DNA of 64,000 bases, taken from Cetorhinus maximus (taxonomy: Eukaryota). The translations under genes and the position numbers were made by a program. The notes below the pieces were generated by a model. The model was not told where the DNA came from. It saw nothing but the letters and a program-made list of their open reading frames with translations, and searched no databases. Of this stretch, positions 12,873 through 25,000 are shown piece by piece (position 1 is the first letter of the stretch; each line of letters starts with the position of its first letter). Location: NCBI RefSeq assembly GCF_964194155.1, contig NC_135905.1:10850001-10914000 (forward strand), given 5' to 3'.

Positions 12873-13901
12873 TGTGACAACCTTTGATCTGAAAGCAGTA
12901 CAGTAAGGAACATTTGTAATTTCTTTGAAAAGTCTGTGGAATCTGTAATTGTTTTAATGAAGGTTTGAAAAGAGTTTGCATCAATTGTAAAGGGATCAAT
13001 TATAATTTTCTTGGACTATAAGAAATACTGGTCCATATGACATTGTGATCTTTGAACTGCAAGCAGTATCGGCAGGAACAAAGTTAATATATGAAATCCA
13101 TGTGACTGTCAGACATAGAGCAAGCAGGCAAAGAAGCTACTGCTATAAAGAAGATAGGAGAGCTAGAAGCAGGAGGTGATCAGCACACAAATGCATAAAC
13201 AAAGAGAGTAGAGAGAGAGAAAGAGGGACACAGCTAATTATTATGAAGAAAAGAAGCAAATCTCACTCAGGAAGAGATCAGTTTTTTTCTGTTTGGCAGA
13301 AATGGAGACAAGAGCTCTTGGGAGGCCCTGTATGAACTGACTAGGAAGGTCTAAAACCTGGAAAGTTGTGTGAATAGCTCAGAGACACTAAATAGCTGGG
13401 CGTTTTACCAGAAGTGGCCAAACCATGAACAGGTATTATTGGTTGGTTGGTTGAAAAGGGACTCTGGAAAGTTACACCAACAGGGCTGTCATGACCCAAG
13501 GGAGAGGAGGTTTGTAGAAGTGTGCCTTGTTGATGATAATCATATTCATGAAACACTGAGGTGAAAGCTGTTGTCAGATAGGACTCCTGACCTACCCTGT
13601 ATGAATAAAGAACAGCATATTGTGGAACTCTGTGGCCACATAGTGCCACAGGTCTGCGGGGAGTAATGCACATGTTTGTGTTGCGTAAGACATATTTCGC
13701 TGTACCAATTATTTAAAGTCAAATTTAACTTTTCATTTGAAGTATCATTTGCCTATTAATTATGTTTCATTGAAGTTGGTTCTGATTCGTATTAAAGTAA
13801 AAGTTAGGAAAGGTGAAATATTGTTGGTAATTTCTTCATTTGGCAGTCATTCAGTAAATTTGATTAATTGGGTATAGGGTTCCCCCACGGGGATCATAGC
13901 A
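12873..13901 (+). mobile_element. Possible old solo LTR
   Basis: Starts TGTGACA and ends ...GATCATAGCA, with LTR-like composition; no clear TSD. Confidence 0.3.
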
Positions 13902-16841
13902 GAAGCTAACAGTGGAGTGGGACATCTTGGACAGCAACTTCAAGATTTTCACATTCAAACATGCATCTGTTTTCCCCTGAGATTGCTGTACGATTTGTAC
14001 GGAAATTAAGGTCAGCATTGTTTGCCTCACTATTATTTTGAAAAGTAAAATTCTAGACCATTATGAACACAGTATTTCATTTTTAGCAATGAAAAATCTT
14101 CAACATCAAGAATTATTTTTGGATACAATCAATGAATTGAAACAAAAACTTTTGAAGGTTACACTCTACTCTTAGCATGTGTGGATTAACAAGCCATCAG
14201 TAGATGTTATTTTACAATCTCCATCAGTTTCTCCTGTTTATATATACTGTTATTTTGCATGTTCATGTAAGGACTCAAGTCAAATACTTGGTCAAATTTA
14301 TTCTCAAACCAGAAAAATAATAAATCCTACACTTAAAAACCTTTAGAATGGGCATAATGCATTGAGTAGCAAATGAAATGTGCAGGCTTAAAATGTTATG
14401 AACTAGCATTTCCTACATGGATTGCACTATACGAGGGAACAACCTGACTTTTTTTTCTGAAGGCTCAAGTGTAGTTTTTAGAGCCAGCAGCAGCATTTTG
14501 GTACTTCACCCAATTGGCCATTCAACATATGTAACCATAGACAATGAGTATGATAATTGACCACAAGGAACCATTGCAAACAAGTCTGATTTTGTCCTCG
14601 CCTCACATTCAGACAATATGTGGATGCATTTCCACAGCTACTGCTCTGCTGTTGTAACTTTACAGAAATTCATCCTCTCTCACAATCTAGCAGGGATTAG
14701 TAGTTTGCAATCAGAAACAATAATAATTTTGGCCAATTTATTTGCCCTCCTTATCCCAGGAATACTGAGGCTAATGACATCTCCTTGATTTTGACATGTT
14801 CAAGAACAGAAACTTGCATTTATATAGCGCCTTATAGAAAAACATCCCAAGGTACTTCACAAAGGTACAGGAAAAAGATGGACACTGAGGCAAAGAAGGC
14901 AATGTTATGATATTGATCAAAGAATTGAGTTTTGAAGAAAGTCTTAAAGGGAGATGGAAGATCACATTGGGCAGCATACAAACCAAAGATATGAGATGAT
15001 CTATTTCCATTTCCAAAAGATGCTTCTAAAGGGAAGTACAGTGCATTGAAGGCTGACTGGAGATATATATTTGAACCTCCACTCTGCTTAGTTTTCAACT
15101 TTCCCATGCTGTATGGAGCCACATTTCACTGGCTGGAAGCCACACATTTTGTTTAAAGAGTGAGTGAAAAATCATCTATAATATTTCCATCCAGATCCAC
15201 TTAACAGCTCATTAAAAGCACCACTCTTGCTAGGAGAGGGAGAGTCAAGGAAATTAGGTATTTGGAGTGCTCACTCACAAACAATAGGGAAGGCTATACA
15301 AACCATTCTCCCCCCACCGACCACCCAATTCCACCCTGCTAACCCAGGACATATTCTCCTCTGCCTCCCTGCAAGAGGGCTGGCCTTAAAAACTTTACAT
15401 ATTTTTGGGGTTCCCAGCAACTTCTCTGGCCTGGAATCCATGCTGCAGCTTAGAGCCAGCTATGTGGTATCTCGTGTGCCTCACCTCACTGAGCATACCA
15501 TCCTCGTCCAATACTCCTGGTCCCAGCTGGGCCACTGGAGCAGAGATTCCAGGGAAAGGGAATCCCATCCCTGGATCCATTCACTGAGGACATTTGTCTT
15601 CTAAATGGCAGGACAAGATTCCAGCCCTTTAAAGATAAATTGGGACGGGTGGGAACCGGATATAACTTGGTCTCCACTGTGTTTGAGTCATCTCCATCAG
15701 TCTCCTTCCAGAATTAAAGTAGGAGGCTGGATGATCATCTATAAACAAATATGGGCAACACAATGCTTCAAAAAAAGAGAAAATTTTGAACATTTTATGA
15801 TTAACTACTCAATTAATGGTTTCACTTTTAAAAAAAAATTGAATGTCAAGTTTTATATACATTTAAAAGTGAAATAACTAATTTCTTGGATTTTAAACAT
15901 AACTTTTAACATTCCCTATCTATCTGCCAGCTAAATAGGATATTGCTACTCGAAACGTCCAGGGAGAGGAGAAAGGATGTGAGCTCAGTGAATCCTTTCT
16001 TTGTGCTGCCTGGCTCATATGCAGTTTCCAAGAAACACAAGCTGAAAATGGCCAGTTTCTCATACCCTGTTGCTGAACTCAACTCACTTTCTCATAGGAA
16101 CCATAACCTCTGCCGTATATGCACACAAGAATTTTTAACAGCCTGAGGTTGATTCTGTCTTATGCTCCGAAACCATCTGACACGTATGGTAATAAAAGCA
16201 AAAATGCTGGAAATACACAGCAAGTCAGTCAAGCTCAGATAGAGAAAGACAGATTAATGCTTTAGCAAAGAGATATTAACCTGATCAACTGCTATGCATT
16301 TTCAGAAGTTTTACTTTATTTCGGATTTCCAGGATTGCCTTTTATTTTTTGCTTTTTATTAAATCACATACCTTAGCACCTTTCCTCTTCAAAATTGGAA
16401 AATGAGAAGTTTTACTATGATGTATTTCTGAATTTTTAACAATTCACATTGACATTGTGGTGACAAGGCAGGCTATTTCACAGTGTGTCAGTGTCTTGTT
16501 TGAGTCCCTTTGTCACTCACCAGTGCAGACGTCTCTCTTACTCAGCACCGGGATACATATCTGGCTCACCCAGTAGCAGTGTTATTCTCTTAGTGTCAAA
16601 TGTCTATCTCTCACTGCCAGTACCAGAGTATCTCTCTCTCTCATACACAATCATCACCTCCTTTTTAATCTAGGCTGATATTCCAGGGCAATACTGAAGG
16701 ATTGTTCATCATCAGAGGTGTAGAACAGACTTTAAGTCGAGGCCAGTCTGGTAGTTTAGGATGATGTTAAAGTCTCTTGGTATGGGCGTATCCATCATCA
16801 GCATTACTCCCTCCACAAACATCACTGGACAGATTAGCAGG

Positions 16842-17117
16842 TAACTAATTTTATTTAATAAAAACAGAAAGTGCTGGAAAAACTCAGCAGGTCTGGCAGC
16901 ATCTGTGGAGAGAGAAACAGAGATACCATTTCGAGTCCAATATGACTCTTCTGAGGAACTGGAAACAGTTCTGAAGAAGTCATATTGGAGTTGAAGCGTT
17001 AACTCTGTTCCTCTCTCCACAGTTGCTGCCAGACCCACTGAGTTTTTACAAGCACTTTGTTTTTATTTCAGATCTCCAGCATCTGCAGTATTTTGCTTTT
17101 ATTAACTCATTTTATTT
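16842..17117. mobile_element. Penelope-type short element, fold-back (inverted) insertion with TSD
   Basis: Inverted arms (aaaacagaaagtgctgg...ctcagcaggtctggcagc / gctgccagacccactgag...). Flanking repeat taactaattttattt (16842-16856) / taactcattttattt (17103-17117). Degenerate hammerhead cores in the centre. Confidence 0.75.
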
Positions 17118-17399
17118 CCCTTTCTCCATTTTCTATCTAAGAACAGCAACTGAAATCCAAACCAAATAATGGATGTGAAGCATTTTGAGGTGTTTGAGGG
17201 TTAGAAATGCGACGTCAATTCAAGTCCTTCTCTTTTCAGTGACTCTCATCATCAGTGTCAGTTATTTAGAATCTATCTCCCCCATCGCCAGTATCTCCCT
17301 CACTCAGTGACAACGCATCGCTCACTCACTACAGGGGTGTCTCACTCGGTGACGGTCTTACTCATTCAGCAGCAGGATCTTTCACTCATGTGAACACAC

Positions 17400-17858
17400 A
17401 AATTAGGAGTACTCAGTCCCAAGAACCTGCTCCGCCATCCAATAAGGTCATGGCTGATCCGATTGTAACCTGAACTTCACATATCCACCTACTCCCAATA
17501 ACCTTTCTCCCCCTTGCTCAGCCTTAAAAATATTCAAAGACTCTGCTTCCACCGCCTTTTGAGGAAGAGAGCTCCAAAGACTCACGACCCTCTGACAGAA
17601 AAATTTCTCCACATCTGTCCTAAAAGGGCGAGCCCTTATTTTAAATCGGTGACCCCCTAGTTCTGGATTCTCCCACAAGAGGAAACGACCTCTCAACATC
17701 CACCCTGTCAAAACCCCTCAGGATCTCATGTGTTTCAATCAAGTCACCTCTTACTCTTCTAAACTCCAGTGGATACAAGCCTAGCCTGTCCAACCTTTCC
17801 TCATCAGACAACCTGCCCATTCCAGGTATTAGTCTATTAAACCTTCTCTGAACTGTAC
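17400..17858 (-). mobile_element. CR1 LINE 3' fragment
   Basis: ORF 17641..17874: VQRRFNRLIPGMGRLSDEERLDRLGLYPLEFRRVRGDLIETHEIL. Confidence 0.85.
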
Positions 17859-18079
17859 TCAGTGCCCATTCCACTCTAATTCAATGCTTCTCACTCAGTA
17901 ATAGGGTTTTTACTCAATCAGTGCCAGTGTGAGGAGCCTATTCACTCAGTGCCAATGTGCCTCTCATTCACTGCCCCTGTCGATATTTATTGCACTCTGA
18001 CTCAGCACCAGGGACTCTTGCTCTGTTAAAGGAGTCCACATGCATTGTCGTGCCCAGGCCACTCTGTTACTGACAGTGT

Positions 18080-19112
18080 ATCTCACCCTGTGCCAGTACC
18101 TCACACCCACTAGCTGGGCACATCGAGCCAAGAGCCTCTCATCCACTGACTATATGCTTCCAACCGAATGTCAGTATCTCTCACCCACTGGGTATATCCA
18201 GCCCAGTGCCGGTATCTTTCACCCACAGGCTTGTTGTAACTCAAGAGTGCCAGTATCTCTCACCCACTGGCTGCACATATCCACCCCAGTGCCAATATCA
18301 CTCACCCACTGGCTGATGTATTCTCACCCAATACTGGTTTCTCTTACCCACTAGGTGTATCCAGTCCAGTGCATCCCACCCACTGGGTATCCAGTCGAGT
18401 GCCAGTGTCTCCCACCCACTGGCTGGGTGTATCCAGTCCAGTGCCAGTATCTCCTAACCACTGGGTGTTTCCAGCCCAGTGCCACTGTCTTTCCCCACTG
18501 ACTGGGTGTATCCAACCCAGTGCCAGTGTTTCCCACCCACTGGCTAAGTGTATCCAGCCAAGTGCCAATATCACTCACCCACTGGTATTCTCAACCAGTG
18601 CTAGTATCTCTTACCCACTAAGTGTATCCAGTTCAGTGCCAGTATCTGTCACCTACTAGGTAGGTGAATCCAGTCCAGTCCTCCCACCAACTGGACAGCT
18701 GTATCCAGTCCAGTGCCTCCCACCCACTGGGTATATCCAGTGTGCCAGCATCTCCCACCCACTGGGTGTACCCAGTCCTCTGCCTCCCATCCACTGGGTG
18801 TATCCAGTCCTGTGCCAGTATCTCCCACCCACTGGGTGTATCCCTTGAGCCAGTATCTCCCACCCACTGGGTATATCCAGTCCTGTGCCAGTATCTCTCA
18901 CCCACTGGGTGTATCCCTTGAGCCAGTATCTCCCACCCACTGGGTGTATCCAGTCCTGTGCCAGTATCTCTCACCCACTGGGTGTATCCAGTCCTGTGCC
19001 AGTATCTCTCACCCATTGGGTGTATCCAGTCGGGTGCTAGCGTCTCCCACCCACCGCCCTGGTGCAGCCAGCCCAGCGCCAGTGTCTCCCCACCCACTGG
19101 GCGTATCCAGCG
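18080..19112. repeat. Minisatellite with 35-38 bp unit (gccagtatctcccacccactgggtgtatccagtcctgt)
   Basis: Directly visible tandem units; they generate the repetitive ORFs at 18344-19120. Confidence 0.92.
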
Positions 19113-19265
19113 CTCAGTGACAAGTCGCCTGACCCTCTCAGGCGGCGCGGTGGGTGGGGAATACGCTGGCAGGAGGAGCGAGCCCCCCGGGGGCGCGGGC
19201 GCAGATAGTGCAAGGCGGCGCGAGCCCGTGTGCTCTGCCAGCCACCCCCCCGCGCCCCCAAAGGA

Positions 19266-19339
19266 CTCCTGCGCGAGCCACCTCCAACCCAACGGCTCCT
19301 GCGCGAGCCACCTCCAACCCAACGGCTCCTGCGCGAGCC
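19266..19339. repeat. 30-bp tandem repeat, about 2.5 copies
   Basis: ctcctgcgcgagccacctccaacccaacgg repeated exactly. Confidence 0.9.
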
Positions 19340-19804
19340 GGCTCTCAAACTGGGAATCCCTCTCGAGCCCGGGGACAGTTGCCGGCCGACGCGCGCGGGG
19401 TGGGGGGGGGGGGGGGGAGGGGGGTACAAAAGGCGCGGAGGAGGAGGAGGAGGCGGCCGTTGCCACCCCCCTCCAAAAATTCGCCGTGTCCCTGAGGGCC
19501 AGCAGCGAAACTCATTGCACAATGGGGTAAGAAAACTTGCAAGAAAAACCTTCACCGTCCCCCCCCATCTTTGTTTTCATTCGCAACCACCGAAGTAAAC
19601 ACGCACGCACCGTGAGGGAATTAAAAAAAAACCTTTTTGTGCTAATTTACTGTTTAATGTGGTCCCCCCCCCTCCCCCCCCCTCTGACTAGGTTCACTCA
19701 ATTTTCATCCCAAGAAACAGAAAAAGCCCCAACCCACACACACACACACACAAGTTCAGTCAGGAATAAATAAAGCACTTCCAGCATTGGGGATCGCCAC
19801 TTAC

Positions 19805-19944
19805 TTATCCAAAATAAAGTACAGGTCGAAAGCTCCGTGACAGGATATCTTGTCATGGTCTTTGTCCTCTCCCACTTGGCCAAAAGTGAACGAGCTGAAG
19901 AAGACGCCGAGGAGCAACAAAGCTCTGCAAACGCCGCTCGCCAT
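19805..19944 (-). CDS. Anthrax toxin receptor-like (ANTXR1-like/ANTXRL-position) gene, coding exon 1 (signal peptide and start of vWA domain)
   Basis: Manual translation MASGVCRALLLLGVFFSSFTFGQVGEDKDHDKISCHGAFDLYFILD(K): hydrophobic signal peptide, then the ANTXR motif CxGxFDLYFILDK. Donor AA|GTAAGT at 19804, phase 2. Lies in a GC/CpG-rich region. Confidence 0.93.
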
Positions 19945-20321
19945 TTTTCTCAGGGAAAAAATAGTCATTCGATCTCCGGCAAATCGCCGTCACTGGAGTT
20001 AAAATAGCTGATGGCTTTTTTTTCCTCTCTCTCTCTCTGCTCCCTCCCCTCCTCTATTGCCGCCTCGCACAATCCCCCAAGTTGGAGTTGCTGAGCAGCC
20101 TCGCCAGCATGTCCTCTCCAATAGAGACTGAGGCTTCCTGACATCGCCGCACCAACCAACACCCCCCCCACCTCCCTGACCCAAACCCAACCCCCCGCCC
20201 CCCTCCTCACCACCACCTCTACTCTCGCCACACAGTCGGTGCGGAGGCTGGGACTGCAACTTAACCAGCCCTCCTAATTCCCCTGGCATCCAATTTCTAG
20301 CACCAGTAAGCACATTTTCAA

Positions 20322-20972
20322 CGGGGAGAGAGGGAGATGAGAGAGGGAGGGAGGAGGTAAGAAGCATGGGGAGGGGAGAGGAGGGGAAGGGAGAGGAGGG
20401 GAGGGGATAGGAGGGGAGGGGAGGCGAGAGGAGGGGAGGGAGAGGGAGGGAGGAGGAGAGGAGGGAGAGGGAGGAGGAGGGGAGGGAGAGGGAGAGGGAG
20501 GGGTAGGAGAGGAGGAGGGGGGAGGGAGGAGGAGGGAGGAGAGAGGAGGAGAGGGGATGGAAGGGGAGGAGGGGAGAGGGGGAGGGAGGAGAGAGGAGGG
20601 ATGGGGAGGAGGGGAGGGGATGGAAGGGGAGGGGAGGAGATGGGAGGGATGGNNNNNNNNNNNNNNNNNNNNNNNNNNNNNNNNNNNNNNNNNNNNNNNN
20701 NNNNNNNNNNNNNNNNNNNNNNNNNNNNNNNNNNNNNNNNNNNNNNNNNNNNNNNNNNNNNNNNNNNNNNNNNNNNNNNNNNNNNNNNNNNNNNNNNNNN
20801 NNNNNNNNNNNNNNNNNNNNNNNNNNNNNNNNNNNNNNNNNNNNNNNNNNNNNNNNNNNNNNNNNNNNNNNNNNNGAGGAGAGAGGAGGGGAGGAGGGAG
20901 GAGAGAGGAGGGGAGGGGAGGAGGGAGGAGAGGAGGAGGGAGGAGAGAGGAGGGGAGGGGAGGAGGGAGGAG
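20322..20972. repeat. Polypurine (G/A) low-complexity tract containing an assembly gap (N 20653-20875)
   Basis: Nearly pure ggag/ggga runs on both sides of 223 Ns. Confidence 0.95.
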
Positions 20973-21034
20973 ATGACAAGCAGAATTGAGTGCAATACTT
21001 CCCCACAAGCTGCTACAGTGGATTAAACATATGT

Positions 21035-21385
21035 GCGGCCCCGCAAGGGTGCTGCAAGCAAATCCCTTCATAACTTTCAAAAATTGGAGAGTTTTTTTTA
21101 TAAAAAATGAAATAACTGGGCTATAAGGAAAGGGTAGGAACGTGGGACTATTTTTACAGCTCTCTTGATGGATGACAAATCGCAATAATTCTCCAGCAGC
21201 TGCTACAATAGGTGAAATATGTAATGGGATGCACTGCCCGAAAGGGTGCTTGAAGCAAATTCCTCAACCACTTCCAAAATTGGACAGCTTTTTTTAATTT
21301 AAACGGGGCTGTGAGAAAAGGGTAGGAATGTAGGACTATTTGTATAGCTCACTTGATGGATGACAAATAGCAATAACTCTTCAGT
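21035..21385. repeat. Diverged tandem duplication with a period of about 200 bp
   Basis: aagggtgct...gcaaat...aaaattgga...aaagggtaggaa...ggactattt...cttgatggatgacaaat...gcaataa occurs twice. Confidence 0.75.
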
Positions 21386-21819
21386 GTTACCGATTCTACT
21401 ACCTTTACCTACCTCCCACCCCCATGAACTTATTGTTAGTTTAGAATCACAACCGAAAGAAATTTCAGATCATGAAAGGAGCATACTCTGCTAGATCAGC
21501 TATAGACTGAATTAAAAAGTCCTTTCCCCCTGCAGTTTTTACTCTAGCAAAATTATTTTAAGATAAAACATATATATTAAAGCAGAATAAACTATTGTGG
21601 TGCTTCCAATATGAGCCCTTAGAATTCTAGGATATTGTTATTATATGTGGGCTCGTGAGGGTAAAGATGTGAGATTACAATTCTTTTACACTTGTTCAAT
21701 AAATGTTTATTATTAAAACCAATTATAAATTACAGTTTATGGATGAGGGTTAAATAATAGCATAGATGGTAACTAAAGCTAATCATAACATGCCAATCCT
21801 ACTTAAGATACATTACGTA

Positions 21820-22001
21820 GGTTCACCATTATCCTTTAGGGAAGGAAATCTGCTGTCCTTACCTGGTCTGGCCTACATATGGCTCCAGACCCACAGCAAT
21901 GTGGCTGACTCTTAAATGCCCCCTGAACAAGGGCAATTAGGGATGGGCAATAAATGCTGGCCTAGCCAGCGATGCCCACATCCCATGAATGAATAAAAAA
22001 A
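21820..22001 (+). mobile_element. SINE-like repeat sharing its 3' tail with the LINE at 44125-44940
   Basis: tttagggaaggaaatctgc...ccttacctggtctggcc...gggcaattagggatgggcaataaatgctggcc; related copies at about 6250-6525, 37612-37775 and 39198-39448 (minus). Confidence 0.65.
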
Positions 22002-25000
22002 CATACAATTTTTGAATTCTCTGTAATTACAGTTTTGCATATGCAAACAAATATCAATTAAAGATAATTATACTTACAATCCAGTATAATTTCTTAGGGT
22101 TTTGAAGTGTCTTTGTCTCAAAAAAGTTGGGGAATTCTCAAAAGGAGCTCGACACCATGTGTTCAAAGATGGCTGACTAAATTATCTGAGTTAATTTAAA
22201 GAAGTTCAGCAGAGCCCAAAAAAGACTTGATTGTGCTTTTTCTCTCAGAAAACCAAATTAGAAAAACAAGTTCTTATCAATTTAAGAGCCATGCAGACTA
22301 TCTGTTCAGGTGTCTAGAAAAAAAACCAGCTGCATGGAATGCTTCCAACAGCAAGGTAACTCAATGAGTTGTTGTTTATGGCTGCTCTTGATCTCCTGGC
22401 AAAGATTCAAATGCTGCAGCCATGTTGTTAACTTTTGTATGTTAAGATGTATTCCTAATTGTGTTTGCCTATTAATGCTAATTGACATCTCAAGTTGCCC
22501 ATCAAATGTGTTAATTCTGTCACATCAGAAGCTACTACAATTTACAGTATAACTATGGTCTCTAAAGCATTGCCTGAAATGGTGCTGGAAGCATACCTCA
22601 TAGTGATTTTCGAAAGGGAATTGGATGAATGCTTGAAATTCAATTTTATACGGCTTTGGGGAAAGAGTAAAGGTTTGGGACTAATTAGATAGCGTCTTCA
22701 AACGGCAGGTACCGCCACGATGGGCCGAATGGCCTCCCTCAGTGGTGCATGATTTCATAGACTCAGTCCAGAAAGCGCTTTCAATTGGCAGACTTAAGCA
22801 CACCTCTCACACCAGCTTGAGTCTCCTGTCACAGTAAGACTTGCAACCCTTCTGGCCAATTTTAGTTCTGCCTATTCTGCCCCCCACCCCTCCCCGCACC
22901 ACACCACAGCATATCCCTTCTTAATCCTGAATTAAGTGTCAGGCATGTCCTTTCAATGAATGGCGGCATTAGAATTGTTAGATGGGAAAAGTAGAGCGGT
23001 TGGAATAGTTAAATTGATCAAAAACTTCTTCCTTAATTTTCACAAAATCTTTAATCTGTACGTTCTCTTAAACGAGAGGCAGAATGCTTAGAGTTGGGGG
23101 GTGAATGATGAGGCAGTTTGCCTGATCTCAGAATACCCTGCAATATGCTTTCGTTAGTAAGAGGGCGCTTGAGAGATAAAATATAAATGGTATATAATGT
23201 TATCATGGAGCAACATTATTCTATTCACTTAAGCCCAATAAAAACAGTTATCTTCGCATCAATCTTGTCTGCTTGGGCACGGTTTGCCCACATTCAGATG
23301 TTAAAAGAAATGCTTTCCGCTGGCTGTGAATCCTAATGTTCAACCTCTATTTACATTTGACCTCAAGTGCTGAGCGGGTTTGACACTCGGAATATTAACA
23401 TCAGACCAACCACTTCCCAGGGCATCTTAAGATGCCCCCTTTAAACGGAATTATATCAACCGCTATAAATACTTAACAGCCACGGAAGCTCATAAATAAA
23501 ATGGGACTTTTGACCTGTTTGCTACTGTTGACGCCAACTTTGAAACACAGCAGCAAATTTGAATTGGATTGTATCAAAAGCACAATGTCACTTTTCAAAA
23601 AAAAACACTTCAACAAAGATTAACTCAGCAGTTTAATATAAACATTCTACCTGTTGCCCCAATTCGCACCAGGCATACTTTTTTCAAAATGTTGTTACGA
23701 TAGCGCGGTCGCTTGAATCAAATTTTAGAACCTCAAATGGCAACTAAATGTGAAAATTGTTTTACATAACAGGCACGCGAAAAGGCTGAGGACTGTTTAA
23801 ACGCGTACCTGCCTTATCTTAATTTTAATTTAGATCGGAACTTGTCCTGTGTCGTGTCTCATAAAACTACATCCCCTCCCTGGTTGTGGGGATCCGTTCT
23901 GACTATAGTGTTCGTATGGAATGCAGCATACACGACTTCTAGTTATATTTTAAAGTATTAGATAGTTACAAATAATCTGAAACCATTCGCGATGGTAAAT
24001 AGCTCAAAGAAAAATATATCCACAGTCGTGTACCTTTGTCAAAGGACAAGGCAATTATAAAATTCACACATAAATCTGCCCGGCCAAACATGGAATTGAA
24101 AATTGTATCCTGAATTGAAGGGCTGAATTTAAATTTGATGCGTTTTGTAAGCAAGCCTATTATTTTCGAATGATGTACTAGATCACAATCACATAATCAG
24201 TGAAATGAAAGCAGGGTCCGGCAAGGAATTGGATTCACTTTGCTTTCGCCATATAGTGTTAAGTTAAGTGCCCCTATTAAAATGTTCAGGAACGTTAGAA
24301 GACGGCAAAATTAGCAGGCGATCTTGTACTGATGAAATAGTTCCTCGTTCATGGCCGAGTTCCATTAAAACAATGTGAGCATTAGTTAAAAAAAAAAGTG
24401 GGTTGGCTATTTTAGATGTCAAGATGTTCATAGGAATTTTCTGTCAGGCGTTGACGCGCCTTTATTTGGAACGACACCTTTCAAAAATGATGTTGCTATT
24501 TGAATCTTAAGCATTATTTGATTGTGACAAGGTATTTGACCATTATGCAAGGGGTTTTTTTTTACGTAAGCGTGTCACTGACCACCCTCGTAAGGAACGA
24601 GTTAGACCGTCGACCAAGAAAGCCGTCTGTTCTTGGCTAGTTATTTCGAACATTCGCCAACTAAATTGAACAGGTTGGGGTTCGCTTGCTGCAATGAAGG
24701 ACTAGTTCCCGGAAAGAAATGATTTAGAATATATTTTAATTTAACTATCAGCTGCGTCAAAATAATCCGATTGGAGGTCTTTAAGATTTCAACGAATGTA
24801 AGAAGTTACCCAGAAATTCGTTTATTCTTTGATTTAAAAAAAATACCCAGTCACGTTTTGTTTCCACAGGTGAGTTGAAAAAAATTACTTTATAGGATTC
24901 TTACAAATCGCTTCCAGGAAGACAATTCGTGGTGTGTAATGGCATGTTTTGTGTTTGACAGAAAATATGGTTCCTTTAGTTAATTTGATAGACATTTGGC

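Larger units (their letters stand above)
19120..20260. promoter_or_regulatory. CpG island/promoter region around ANTXR-like exon 1
   Basis: Visibly GC- and CpG-dense (gcgcg, cgccgc runs) against an AT-rich, CpG-poor background; overlaps the first coding exon. Confidence 0.65.

Noticed and set aside
18080-19112. CRISPR-like array of ~36-bp partly palindromic repeats
   Set aside because: Units are contiguous with no unique spacers, there are no cas genes, and the context is a vertebrate intron; it is a minisatellite.
18633-21185. Long ORFs (277, 190, 335 and 303 aa, among others) over the minisatellite, CpG island and purine tract
   Set aside because: Low-complexity or repeat-derived, or spanning Ns; no protein-family signal.
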